From a virus (taxonomy: Duplodnaviria; Heunggongvirae; Uroviricota; Caudoviricetes), in IMG/VR virus record IMGVR_UViG_3300047552_001889, positions 64,001 through 128,000 of that record: a stretch of DNA of 64,000 bases. One strand, 5' to 3'. Below, piece by piece: positions 9,464-18,767 of this stretch (positions within the stretch are counted from its first letter, which is position 1; each line of letters opens with the position of its first letter). The position numbers and the translations under genes are program-made. The notes beneath the pieces are model-generated. The model did no database searches and was not told the origin of the DNA. It saw nothing but the letters and a program-made list of their open reading frames with translations.

Positions 9464-9889
9464 ATGGAAAGAGAATTGGTAGAAAAATCATTCAAGGATA
9501 CGCTAAAGCGCTTCTCAAAAGAGGTTCTTAATATGAGTGACGAATTTGTTTCCGAAATAGAGGATTGTGAAACATTTTCTCAAATTAAAGACACTCTTAA
9601 AATTTATTTTGATGAACTCAAGAAGTCGATAGGACTTTTGTCTGGTGATGATTGTCCTTATTGTGAAGAGAAGGATGATAGAATAGAGGAACTTGAGGGG
9701 GAGCTTGAAGAAGTTGAAGAGGAAAGAGATAATCTCTCTGAAGAGGTAGATGAATTAAGTGAGTGGAAAGATAAGTCAAAGCTTTCTTACTACCCAGAAA
9801 GCTTACCTGAGCTTTATAAGCTTGAGGCATTCAAGAGAAATGCCAATAGACTTTCTGTTTCGGAAGTTGAATACAGATTAGATGCATAA
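9464..9889 (+). CDS. hypothetical protein with CPYC and acidic coiled coil
   Basis: Start moved to ATG 9464. Confidence 0.75.
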   Translation: MERELVEKSFKDTLKRFSKEVLNMSDEFVSEIEDCETFSQIKDTLKIYFDELKKSIGLLSGDDCPYCEEKDDRIEELEGELEEVEEERDNLSEEVDELSEWKDKSKLSYYPESLPELYKLEAFKRNANRLSVSEVEYRLDA

Positions 9890-9900
9890 TTTTTAGACAA

Positions 9901-10278
9901 ATGACAAAAGAAGAATTTGAACAATATCTCGAATCAATTGGTGGTCTTGAAAATGGATATTTCAATGATAGGTCGCCAATAAAAAGCGCTGGTTTTTTTG
10001 AGATTGGAGATGGCTGGTATGAGTTAGTTAAAAACTTGATAGACGAATTGATTGCCGATGGTTGGGATAAACAAGTTTGTCAAGTTAAAGAGAAGTTTGG
10101 TGAACTTAGATTCTACACGAATGGTGGTGGTGAAAATCACTACAAAATAATCTCCAAGTATGAGAATATGTCAGTAAAGACGTGTGAAGTCTGCGGAAAG
10201 CCTGGAGAGCAAAGAGGCGGAGGTTGGATAACAACACTTTGTGATGAACACGTAAAACCAAAGAAAAATGTGGATTAG
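9901..10278 (+). CDS. conserved phage hypothetical protein (QVKEKFGELRFY / CEVCG)
   Basis: Motifs recalled from a widespread uncharacterised phage family. Confidence 0.7.
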   Translation: MTKEEFEQYLESIGGLENGYFNDRSPIKSAGFFEIGDGWYELVKNLIDELIADGWDKQVCQVKEKFGELRFYTNGGGENHYKIISKYENMSVKTCEVCGKPGEQRGGGWITTLCDEHVKPKKNVD

Positions 10279-10372
10279 AACAATTAGTGGCTGGGTATTC
10301 TTTGAGATTGAGTATACTCAACAGGGTATTGCATATCCAACAAATCCAATAAAAGGAAAAAGTAATTTCTAA
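10268..10372 (+). CDS. small hypothetical protein (34 aa)
   Basis: Own translation; fills gap between genes. Confidence 0.4.
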   Translation: MWIRTISGWVFFEIEYTQQGIAYPTNPIKGKSNF

Positions 10373-10383
10373 ATTTATAATAT

Positions 10384-10599
10384 ATGTCAGAATTTAAAAT
10401 GTTAGACCCAGGTCCAGAAATTATTCCACCAACAATTGGTCAAGAGTTTGTTGATTGGGCAGAACAATATTGGGGGCTTAAGAGAAAGTATGAAACACCA
10501 TGTGAAGAGGGTGGTGAATCATGTCCATATGACTTTGTTAAAAACACATTTGCAAGTAAGATTGATGAAATTATTGCAAGTAGAATAGCTAAAAAGTAA
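10384..10599 (+). CDS. hypothetical protein
   Basis: Packed ORF. Confidence 0.7.
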   Translation: MSEFKMLDPGPEIIPPTIGQEFVDWAEQYWGLKRKYETPCEEGGESCPYDFVKNTFASKIDEIIASRIAKK

Positions 10600-10910
10600 T
10601 GAATATTTATTTTGAAAATAAAAACGGAAAGTCCTTATCAATAAAAGATAAGGATTTGGTTATGCTTAGATTAGAAAGCAAATATGGCTATTTTAATAGT
10701 TGGTGGAGAATTGAGTTTATAGACAACGATAATACTTTTATTGGAAAACTTGAAAAGCAACCTTGGTATTATAACAACGGAAATAAAATTGGAGATTGCG
10801 AAACATTTAATGTTTCAGAGATTCAAGAAGTTTTTGTTGATGAGATGCAGTTATGCTATAGTGATAATGTTACAATATGTGACTGTAATGGTCTTTGTAG
10901 AAACAAATAA
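10599..10910 (+). CDS. hypothetical protein
   Basis: Packed ORF; C-terminal Cys cluster. Confidence 0.7.
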   Translation: MNIYFENKNGKSLSIKDKDLVMLRLESKYGYFNSWWRIEFIDNDNTFIGKLEKQPWYYNNGNKIGDCETFNVSEIQEVFVDEMQLCYSDNVTICDCNGLCRNK

Positions 10911-10915
10911 AAATT

Positions 10916-11239
10916 ATGAAAAATTTAAAACAAATAAGTTTAAAAATTAATCACATATTATTTTGGTGGTATTATAAGAGAGTGCCGAAGTTTTTTCATC
11001 AGTGGCCCATTTTAAAAAGTATAAGTATTTTAAAACAAAATTACGAACACGCTTTGTTTAGAGAAAAAGGGTTGAATGACGTAATCTCTAATGCCATCAA
11101 GAGAGAAGATAATATGAGAGAAGAAATTTCTAATCTAAAATTAAAGTTGATGGGTGTTTCTCAAAGTGATGTAGATTCAATTAATACCATCTTCGGTACA
11201 AATTTAAAAGGAAAATCAAAAGAAGAAAACGAAAACTAA
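10916..11239 (+). CDS. hypothetical protein
   Basis: Packed ORF. Confidence 0.7.
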   Translation: MKNLKQISLKINHILFWWYYKRVPKFFHQWPILKSISILKQNYEHALFREKGLNDVISNAIKREDNMREEISNLKLKLMGVSQSDVDSINTIFGTNLKGKSKEENEN

Positions 11240-11240
11240 T

Positions 11241-12245
11241 ATGAAAAGATTTTTTACAAGTGATACGCATTTTGATGACGATAGATTCAATTTATTCTAC
11301 AGACCATTCAAGACAGTTCAAGAACAGGAAGACCATTTAGTTGAACAGTGGAATTTAGTTGTAGGGCCAAATGATGAGGTATTTCACCTTGGAGATTTTG
11401 CAACTACAGATAGAGGTCTTGATGTTGTCAAGAGACTTAATGGGAAGATTCACTTGGTTCTCGGTAACTATGATACCCCAAGGCCTATGGCCAAGCTTAA
11501 GAAGTTATTTGCTACCGTTGTTGAAAAAGCAGACCTTAAGCTTAAGAATGGAGAGGTTGTGCATCTCAATCATTATCCAACAAAGATTGCTGCAGATAAA
11601 TTTAACATTTGTGGTCACATTCACTCCCTTTGGAAGGTTCAGAGAAATTGCATCAATGTTGGTTGTGACGCATGGAACTTTAGACCAGTTTCTGAGGATG
11701 AGGTTATTTTCTGCATGAATGCAATTCGAAAGTTCTATGACGCTGATGTATTTGCTGGAGAAGTTTTGGCTAACTTAAGCCAAATGCCAGGGAAAGAGGT
11801 GTATGCCACCGACAACATTCCATCTACAGGAGATAAGGTATTCTTGGCTGGACCAACCCCTCGTGACCTTGCTGTTAAGTCTTGGAGACCTCTTATGATT
11901 AAGAAACTCAGAGAAGCTGGCTATAATGGTCACATTCTAATCCCAGAGAAGGAAAATCCAGAAGAAGGATATGACTACGACACTCAGGTAGACTGGGAGG
12001 AAAGAGCGATGAACTCTGCAGACCTAATTGTATTCTGGGTTCCTAGAAAGCTTGACACAATGCCTGGATTTACAACAAACATCGAATTTGGTGAGTTCAT
12101 GAAATCTGGAAAGGTTGTTCTTGGTCACCCAAAGAATGCGGAGAAGATGAGGTATATGATTCACAAGGCTGAAAAGCATAATATTCCATACTTCAACACA
12201 GTTGATGATGTTGTTTCTCATGTAATTAAAACACTCAAGAAATGA
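11241..12245 (+). CDS. calcineurin-like metallophosphoesterase fused to nucleoside 2-deoxyribosyltransferase-like domain
   Basis: SDTH, HLGD, GNYD, HYP, GHIH motifs; C-terminal VFLAGPTPR...SWR...WE...IVFW...NIEFG. Confidence 0.85.
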   Translation: MKRFFTSDTHFDDDRFNLFYRPFKTVQEQEDHLVEQWNLVVGPNDEVFHLGDFATTDRGLDVVKRLNGKIHLVLGNYDTPRPMAKLKKLFATVVEKADLKLKNGEVVHLNHYPTKIAADKFNICGHIHSLWKVQRNCINVGCDAWNFRPVSEDEVIFCMNAIRKFYDADVFAGEVLANLSQMPGKEVYATDNIPSTGDKVFLAGPTPRDLAVKSWRPLMIKKLREAGYNGHILIPEKENPEEGYDYDTQVDWEERAMNSADLIVFWVPRKLDTMPGFTTNIEFGEFMKSGKVVLGHPKNAEKMRYMIHKAEKHNIPYFNTVDDVVSHVIKTLKK

Positions 12246-12568
12246 AACCAGAAATATTACTAGATAATCATGCCAGGAGGCATATGATTAGATGGAGTCT
12301 AAAATTCTTTAAGCTTGGATACCCAAGATTGTTTAAAAGTATTGTTGGAGCTATAGAAGAGGCTATGGCTCTTAATAGCAAAGATATTAAGCTCAATCAA
12401 ACTGTTTATCACATGAGTGTGTATGATGGTAAGGAGCCACTTCGAGTTGTTGGAATCAGAGAAAATCAGCTAGAGCTTGAAGGTGACTATTCTGGTGGAA
12501 CACACTGTGTTTGTCAAAAGGATTGGCTTAGCATAGAAGGTGTTTTACTTAAAAAGAATGAGAAATGA
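12242..12568 (+). CDS. hypothetical protein
   Basis: Overlapping ORF. Confidence 0.75.
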   Translation: MKPEILLDNHARRHMIRWSLKFFKLGYPRLFKSIVGAIEEAMALNSKDIKLNQTVYHMSVYDGKEPLRVVGIRENQLELEGDYSGGTHCVCQKDWLSIEGVLLKKNEK

Positions 12569-12990
12569 GCGGTAAGAAATATAGAATTGATGTTGAGTAC
12601 AACATAGTAAAAACTGTAAATATATCAAGGACTATAGAAGCAGAGTCCCATGAGGAGGCTGAGAAATCTATAATGAAGTATGTTGAAGATGGGGCCAGAG
12701 TCATAAGCATACAGTCAAAGTATATCCCATACAAGACTAATAACTGGCAGGACATTGAAGACATCCTTTTCTCATATGATGACCAAATCTCAGAATCTGA
12801 ATCTGAAGGAGATACTGAGATGGTAGAGTGCTATAAGGCAGATAGAGCTGATTGGGAATACATTCTGGAGCAGCTAATTAATAAGGAGTTTAAGAAGGCT
12901 GCTGAGAGGTATTCAAATCTTGATACAATTGTAAGAGAGCAAATACCAGATAGGCTTTATGAATTGTTTGATTCTCTTGAGTTGATATGA
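12565..12990 (+). CDS. hypothetical protein
   Basis: Overlapping ORF. Confidence 0.75.
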   Translation: MSGKKYRIDVEYNIVKTVNISRTIEAESHEEAEKSIMKYVEDGARVISIQSKYIPYKTNNWQDIEDILFSYDDQISESESEGDTEMVECYKADRADWEYILEQLINKEFKKAAERYSNLDTIVREQIPDRLYELFDSLELI

Positions 12991-13310
12991 TAGTTATTGC
13001 ACCGAGGTTCTTGAACTTCATATCTTGGCTTTTCGGTATAAAAATGAAAATAGGAGGACTTGCAATCCTCCCATTTGTTTTTGTGCCAGATGAAGAGTGC
13101 AAGAATAATATGTATCTTGTTAATCATGAGCGTATTCACCTCAGACAGCAGGTTGAGCTAATATTTATTGGATTTGTCACCATCTACTTTATAGAGTTAT
13201 ATAGGAAGGGTTACATGGGAATTAGCTTCGAAAAAGAAGCCTATATGAATCAGCACAATCTAAACTACTTGAAGGAGAGAAAATGGTTCTCCTGGAGAAA
13301 ATATTTGTAA
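12987..13310 (+). CDS. membrane-associated HExxH (zincin-like) protein
   Basis: NHERIHLRQQ and ISFEKEAY motifs with hydrophobic segments. Confidence 0.7.
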   Translation: MIVIAPRFLNFISWLFGIKMKIGGLAILPFVFVPDEECKNNMYLVNHERIHLRQQVELIFIGFVTIYFIELYRKGYMGISFEKEAYMNQHNLNYLKERKWFSWRKYL

Positions 13311-13334
13311 CATTTTTTTATATAAATCGTATAA
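13306..13334 (+). promoter_or_regulatory. ECF-type promoter TGTAAC-N16-CGTATAA
   Basis: Exact motif; -35 contains upstream TAA stop. Confidence 0.8.
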
Positions 13335-13366
13335 ACAGAATAAACATCTTTCAAAAAAGATTAAAC

Positions 13367-13645
13367 ATGAATAAGTCTGAAAAAGTTGAAGAAGGCGTAT
13401 CAGCGAAGCTTGGAAATAAGTTTTGGGGAATTGTATACGCAGATGGCAATGTTACTTCCTATGGATGGGTCTCTATTGATAAAGCTATAATAGTAAATCA
13501 AGACTATTGCAAGAAGCCGACTGATATGACTTATGACCCTAAGAACACTGGCGGCTACAATCCAAATTACAATGAGCTTTCTAAGCCAGGAGTAAACCTT
13601 GTTAAAGTAAGAAGAGTTACCATAGTTACAAATGAGGAATACTAA
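13367..13645 (+). CDS. hypothetical protein
   Basis: Start moved to ATG 13367, downstream of promoter. Confidence 0.7.
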   Translation: MNKSEKVEEGVSAKLGNKFWGIVYADGNVTSYGWVSIDKAIIVNQDYCKKPTDMTYDPKNTGGYNPNYNELSKPGVNLVKVRRVTIVTNEEY

Positions 13646-14447
13646 AAACAACATCTTAAGGTTCATTAAAGATAAGGAGCATAAGAAACACTGGCTATAC
13701 ATAGTTATTGCTAAGCCAGATATTTACCTTAAGAATCTGTTGATAAGGACAGTGCTTATGGGCTTTGTCCTTGTCGTTATGTACTTCGTGGCTTCAAATC
13801 TTGACATCAAGGAACAGACCATACCAACGAACATGCATGGTCTCATTGGGGTCGTTATTGGTTTAACACTTAGTTTTAGAGCCTCCTCTGCATATGACAG
13901 GTGGTGGGAAGCTAGAAAGATTCTGGCTGACATTAAGGCAAGTCTTGTCTATATAAAGTTAAGGCTTGGCCACGAAAATCTTGAAAAAGATATAACTCAA
14001 TCTTTAGTTAAGATAAATCTATTGATATTCTCCTTCATAAAGTGTGACAATAAAAGAAAGGAGCGAATGAAACTTCAAGTGTATCAAGAAATTTCCGAAA
14101 TTCAAAATTTAATTTATCAAGACGGGAACCTATCTAATGTTGACAGAAAGTTGGCAGAAATAATCACATCATTTGCTGGTCTTGAACGAATTAAGAATTC
14201 TCCGATTCCTCAATCGTACACAATTCACATTAAGATGTCTATCTTCGCATACTTGCTATCACTACCATTTGGAATATTCTTCAGCATGGGTCTATTCTCC
14301 ATTCCTCTGGTTATGCTACTCTATTTCATAATTGCTGGTATTGAGATTATCTCTTCAGAGATTGAAAATCCATTCGAAGGTAGTGCGAACGACCTTCCGC
14401 TTGATAAGTTACAAAAACAAAACGAAGAAGTACTTAAGTCTATATGA
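13632..14447 (+). CDS. bestrophin-family ion channel (YneE-like)
   Basis: LSFRASSAYDRWWEARK, LERIKNSPIP, EIENPF..NDLPL; TM segments. Confidence 0.85.
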   Translation: MRNTKNNILRFIKDKEHKKHWLYIVIAKPDIYLKNLLIRTVLMGFVLVVMYFVASNLDIKEQTIPTNMHGLIGVVIGLTLSFRASSAYDRWWEARKILADIKASLVYIKLRLGHENLEKDITQSLVKINLLIFSFIKCDNKRKERMKLQVYQEISEIQNLIYQDGNLSNVDRKLAEIITSFAGLERIKNSPIPQSYTIHIKMSIFAYLLSLPFGIFFSMGLFSIPLVMLLYFIIAGIEIISSEIENPFEGSANDLPLDKLQKQNEEVLKSI

Positions 14448-14803
14448 CAAGAATTAACGCTGGAATACCCCCAAAGGAGCTTGTTGATAAGCATTTAATG
14501 GCTGAGCATAGAGAAATAAAAAGAGTGCCAAACTGCATTGCAAAAGGAAAGTATAATCTATCTGGAATGCCAAGTAAGTTCACTCTAGGAACTGGTCATG
14601 TTAAGTTTTTCTATGATAAGCTTATGTATTTAAAGAATAGATACGAAGAGCTTTACGCTGAGTGTAAGAGGCGAGGCTTCAACGTAACCTACTACGGTGA
14701 TGCCTGGAATGGAGTTCCACCTGAGCTCATGAATGACTACATCCCGACTGACGAGGATAGAGAAATTATCAGAGAGCGAATAAGAGAAAGACTATCAAGT
14801 TGA
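14444..14803 (+). CDS. denV: pyrimidine dimer DNA glycosylase / endonuclease V
   Basis: MTRIN start, HLMAEHREI, FTLGTGHVKFFYDKL. Confidence 0.95.
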   Translation: MTRINAGIPPKELVDKHLMAEHREIKRVPNCIAKGKYNLSGMPSKFTLGTGHVKFFYDKLMYLKNRYEELYAECKRRGFNVTYYGDAWNGVPPELMNDYIPTDEDREIIRERIRERLSS

Positions 14804-14829
14804 AACATTTTGGTTTAACTTACGTATAA
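14801..14829 (+). promoter_or_regulatory. ECF-type promoter TGAAAC-N16-CGTATAA
   Basis: Exact motif; TGA is the denV stop. Confidence 0.8.
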
Positions 14830-14835
14830 GATTGT

Positions 14836-15429
14836 ATGATAAAAGACGAGATTAAAAAGCTTAAGGAAAATGCAAAGATGCTTGAAGATAAGTATAATAA
14901 ACTTGTCAATTCAATCAAAGAAGCGTTTTATGAGCGAGAAGACTATTGGGATGAAAATTCCAAAGTTAAGCCAAAAACGGAGAGTGCTATCATGTCTGCA
15001 GCATATTGTCTTGCTATGATGAATGCTCCTAAATCTAAGTACTCATTTGATAGAGGTTTTAACATTCACAGAGGCGAGGTATTCAGGTCTGAGCCAAAAA
15101 TTCTTCTTGATTTCTTCTACATTTACGATAAGACATTTGAAAATCGTTTCGGAACCACGCCATCTGTGCTTTTAGTAAGAAAAAAGAACATTAAGGTTCT
15201 TACTGAAACTTGTCTTAAGGCTTGGAAACATGCGGTTAATAAAAGTTTCAGCGATTCAACAATCCTTGGATTTAAGGAGTGGCTTGATGCTACAAGTTGT
15301 GATGAAATTGTATCTATTCTTCACGAGGTTCTTGAGGATAGAATAGATGAGGTTAATGATAAGAAATTATACATCAAAGATGTTATTATCATTTACCCAA
15401 GCAATCCAATAAAAAACTATCATTTCTAA
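14836..15429 (+). CDS. hypothetical protein
   Basis: Packed ORF. Confidence 0.8.
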   Translation: MIKDEIKKLKENAKMLEDKYNKLVNSIKEAFYEREDYWDENSKVKPKTESAIMSAAYCLAMMNAPKSKYSFDRGFNIHRGEVFRSEPKILLDFFYIYDKTFENRFGTTPSVLLVRKKNIKVLTETCLKAWKHAVNKSFSDSTILGFKEWLDATSCDEIVSILHEVLEDRIDEVNDKKLYIKDVIIIYPSNPIKNYHF

Positions 15430-15935
15430 TGAAGAATCTAATTTTAGAAAACGACAACGAGTTTGACGGAATTCCAGATAAATTAAGCAGCATCTTGGAA
15501 ACACAGTTCCTAGAGAACAGAGAGTTCTGGTTCTCGTTCAGAACAGCCTTCTATCCAAAGGAAAGAGAAGAGACAATGAAAAGATTCGCTTCTCTTGAGA
15601 GTGGAGATAACATTATCTGCCAAACTGTATTTGATGGTTGGATGCAACTTGAATTGGTTGTTGAGCTATTGATTAAGCTTAAGGAGATGGGTAAGAAAAT
15701 AAATTTCTACATCGTCATTCCAGACTTGAAGGAAAACATTCAAGATTACTTTGATGAATACGAGAGTGAGCTTACTCCGAATACAGAAGAGTATAACGAT
15801 AGTCCAAGCCTTAGAAAGGAGTTCAAGAAGCAAATGGACCAAAAAATGGTTGAGGTCTTAGACTATCATTCAATATACAATCTGTATAGACGTGAATCTA
15901 AGCAGATGCTGAGTAAGGATTTTAACATCAAATAA
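15429..15935 (+). CDS. hypothetical protein
   Basis: Packed ORF. Confidence 0.8.
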   Translation: MKNLILENDNEFDGIPDKLSSILETQFLENREFWFSFRTAFYPKEREETMKRFASLESGDNIICQTVFDGWMQLELVVELLIKLKEMGKKINFYIVIPDLKENIQDYFDEYESELTPNTEEYNDSPSLRKEFKKQMDQKMVEVLDYHSIYNLYRRESKQMLSKDFNIK

Positions 15936-16268
15936 ATGGAAGAGATAAAGCGAAGAGGAAGACCAAAGGGAAGTAAGAATAAGCAAGAGTATGGCGAGGC
16001 TAAGAAAAAGAGAATTCCAGGTCAGCTTAAGCTAAACCTATTCCCAACTGGAAGACCTAAGGGTAGCAAGAAAAAAGTAACCCATGTTAAGGGTGGCGCT
16101 GCTCCAAAGGGTCTTAGGCTTAAGATGTATGAAAATGTCTTATCCGACCAGGGTGTAATTGTTTCTGGAACAGCTGACCAATACGGCAGAATTCTTGAAG
16201 CATACGTTAACGAAAAGGGCGAGTGGGACTTGAAGCCGAGCGGTCATTGTATTGCAGCTAGGCACTAA
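15936..16268 (+). CDS. AT-hook DNA-binding protein
   Basis: KRRGRPKGSKNK and TGRPKGSKKK. Confidence 0.65.
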   Translation: MEEIKRRGRPKGSKNKQEYGEAKKKRIPGQLKLNLFPTGRPKGSKKKVTHVKGGAAPKGLRLKMYENVLSDQGVIVSGTADQYGRILEAYVNEKGEWDLKPSGHCIAARH

Positions 16269-16311
16269 TTGATTTTTTTATTAAATTTGTAAACAACTTA
16301 AATTTTATATT

Positions 16312-16971
16312 ATGGCGTTCTTACTTGAAGCACACATTTTAATTTGGATTCTTATTGCAGCAGTAATTGCTATTTCAGTTCTCGTTGAGATTGAAAGAGG
16401 GGGCTGGGCAACAACTATTTTTTGTCTATCTATAGCTCTCATATTCTGGAGGTACTGGGCCGATGTATTCAATTGGATTTCTCAAAACCCTACTGGTACA
16501 CTATTGTTTATCATATTCTATACCCTTTCTGGTATCATTTGGTCAATCATAAAGTGGAAAAGTTACATCTCCAAATATGCAAGAGCATTCCATATTGTTA
16601 AGGAGAATTTCATCAAAAAATACGGTCAGATAGCAGATAAGTGGAATTTATGGATTGATTGGCTTAAAGATAATAGATACGAGCTATCAAGCGGATATGT
16701 TAGTTTTGATGAGAAAGACACTCCAGAAGATATTGCTAAGCGTTTAACGATTTCTGCAACCTCTAATAAAGGCCTTATTGTGTCTTGGATTGCCTACTGG
16801 CCTATGAGTATTGCATCTACACTGCTTAACGACCCAGTTAGACGATTCATGAATTGGATTTACGACAGAATCTCTGGAGTATTCCAAAGAATGAGCGAAA
16901 ACTCTGCTAATAACATGATTAAAGGAATGGAAAAGCATGAGCCAGAAGATAAAGGTAAGAGTGGTAAATGA
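16312..16971 (+). CDS. multi-pass membrane protein
   Basis: 3-4 hydrophobic segments. Confidence 0.8.
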   Translation: MAFLLEAHILIWILIAAVIAISVLVEIERGGWATTIFCLSIALIFWRYWADVFNWISQNPTGTLLFIIFYTLSGIIWSIIKWKSYISKYARAFHIVKENFIKKYGQIADKWNLWIDWLKDNRYELSSGYVSFDEKDTPEDIAKRLTISATSNKGLIVSWIAYWPMSIASTLLNDPVRRFMNWIYDRISGVFQRMSENSANNMIKGMEKHEPEDKGKSGK

Positions 16972-17086
16972 TAAACTCCCAGATGGGTTTCATAACTTCT
17001 GGGATAACTTTAACAAGGAAGCTTACGAAAAGTACTTGGACGAAAAGGAAAAGTGGCGAATAGAAAAAATGAAAAAAGAAAACTAA
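16961..17086 (+). CDS. small hypothetical protein (41 aa, GTG start)
   Basis: Own translation MVNDKLPDGFHNFW...; fills gap. Confidence 0.5.
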   Translation: MVNDKLPDGFHNFWDNFNKEAYEKYLDEKEKWRIEKMKKEN

Positions 17087-17091
17087 TCAAG

Positions 17092-17340
17092 ATGGAACTT
17101 TATTCTTGTAAAAAATTTCCTGGAGATTCTGACAATACAGCTATAGACTCAAAGGGTGCTATAATATATTCGGATAAAGAGAATCTTCTAAAGATTTGTT
17201 CTTTCTTTGAGAAAGTTAAAGAGCATTTGTTAATGGAAGAGTTTGATAATTGTCACATGCACTTGCGTGATAATTTTGAAAACTGGAATAAGGAAATGTT
17301 TGATATAGAAATAAATTTAATTAAAAAAGAAGAAAAATGA
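17092..17340 (+). CDS. hypothetical protein
   Basis: Start moved to ATG 17092. Confidence 0.7.
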   Translation: MELYSCKKFPGDSDNTAIDSKGAIIYSDKENLLKICSFFEKVKEHLLMEEFDNCHMHLRDNFENWNKEMFDIEINLIKKEEK

Positions 17341-17582
17341 GCTGGATGGATGAAAGAGCTGAACAAGCTATGAGAGAAGGAACTCAAAAAATCATGGAAG
17401 AAGCACAAAAACGTGCTCAGGCCGAGTTCAAAGAAATTGGTAAGTGGACAATTACCATGACAGGTAATAAAAATGTCACAAAGGAGGATATTGATTCCTT
17501 CATGAACAAGCTTGTCGAGTTTGCTAAACAAGCAGATATTGATGCACCAAACATCCAAGTATCAATTGACCCTGCAAATTAA
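17337..17582 (+). CDS. hypothetical protein
   Basis: Overlapping ORF. Confidence 0.75.
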   Translation: MSWMDERAEQAMREGTQKIMEEAQKRAQAEFKEIGKWTITMTGNKNVTKEDIDSFMNKLVEFAKQADIDAPNIQVSIDPAN

Positions 17583-17584
17583 TC

Positions 17585-18157
17585 ATGAACTTCAATAACA
17601 GAGAAAATAAATGCTACAAAACAGATAGTGGGGATGTTTGGCATTCACGTTCTGTTGCTGTTGTAGGGCTTGTCCTCATGATTCATGAGGGTGAAAAGTA
17701 TGTACTTCTTGGAAAACGTGGACCTGCACTTCCTAATGAGGTTGGTAAGTGGTGTATGCCTTGTGGATACTTAGATTGGGATGAAAGTTGTGAAGAGGCT
17801 GTTATAAGAGAAATCTGGGAAGAAACTGGTCTTAATATTTACAAGACCATGCAACAATATAACGTTGTTTACGACCACATGCATTTTCCTTGGAGAATTC
17901 ACTCAGAGCCAGATAACGAGGCTCAAAATGTCTCAATGCACTATGCAATTTGCTTCGACACGAAGTCAAATGTGTACAGAGACTACCCAACCCTTCCAGA
18001 ATTGACCTTTGAGCACAATGCAGAGGTTGGTGAGGTTGATGATGTTAGATGGGTTAAGGTTGAAGACCTATATGCCTATGAATGTGCATTTGGGCATGAA
18101 AGAATTATTCGTGTTTTTGTTAATAACTTACAACTTGAAGAAGGAACCAATGAATAA
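17585..18157 (+). CDS. Nudix hydrolase
   Basis: Nudix box GYLDWDESCEEAVIREIWEETG. Confidence 0.9.
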   Translation: MNFNNRENKCYKTDSGDVWHSRSVAVVGLVLMIHEGEKYVLLGKRGPALPNEVGKWCMPCGYLDWDESCEEAVIREIWEETGLNIYKTMQQYNVVYDHMHFPWRIHSEPDNEAQNVSMHYAICFDTKSNVYRDYPTLPELTFEHNAEVGEVDDVRWVKVEDLYAYECAFGHERIIRVFVNNLQLEEGTNE

Positions 18158-18767
18158 AGAAGAAGAACAAATAGATAGACTTGTTGATGTTATGCAGTCA
18201 ATACCACTTGATGGTAAGATAACTATATTGACAGGCTCTAATGGTTCTGGTAAATCTCTTATCAGAAAGCAGATTTTGTTCGAAATCTCCAGAAAAACTG
18301 GTAAGGAAAAAAATAAGTGTGTTGCCTCCACATCTCTTGAGGCTAGAACTAGCAGCAACCCTGAGTGGGGCGCTTTATCTGGCATCATGCAAGATGATGG
18401 ATGGATGCCAAGCTCCTACGAGACTCTTAAAAAGGTTGAAGCTGTTCTTGGATTAAAGGATAGATATATCATCATTGATGAGCCTGAGCTTGGAATGGGT
18501 GAGGAAACAGTAATGGCTCTTGTCAATTACTTAAATGATTTACTTAGCAAGCTTGATGAGTCAATTCTAGGAGTGATGATTATTACTCACAATAGGTACA
18601 TTGTCTCCAACTTGAAGCATGACCACTTTGCAAATACTGACGGACTTAAAACATCTGAAGAATGGCTCAATCGAGAGCTAATTCCAACAGACCTAGAGGC
18701 TCTTAAGGAGAATAAACTATTCTTCGCTATCAGAGACAGACAAAAAGAAACTAAAGAAAATGAATAA
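18150..18767 (+). CDS. ABC/AAA_21-type ATPase
   Basis: GSNGSGKS, IIIDEPE, THN; start moved to ATG 18150. Confidence 0.85.
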   Translation: MNKEEEQIDRLVDVMQSIPLDGKITILTGSNGSGKSLIRKQILFEISRKTGKEKNKCVASTSLEARTSSNPEWGALSGIMQDDGWMPSSYETLKKVEAVLGLKDRYIIIDEPELGMGEETVMALVNYLNDLLSKLDESILGVMIITHNRYIVSNLKHDHFANTDGLKTSEEWLNRELIPTDLEALKENKLFFAIRDRQKETKENE

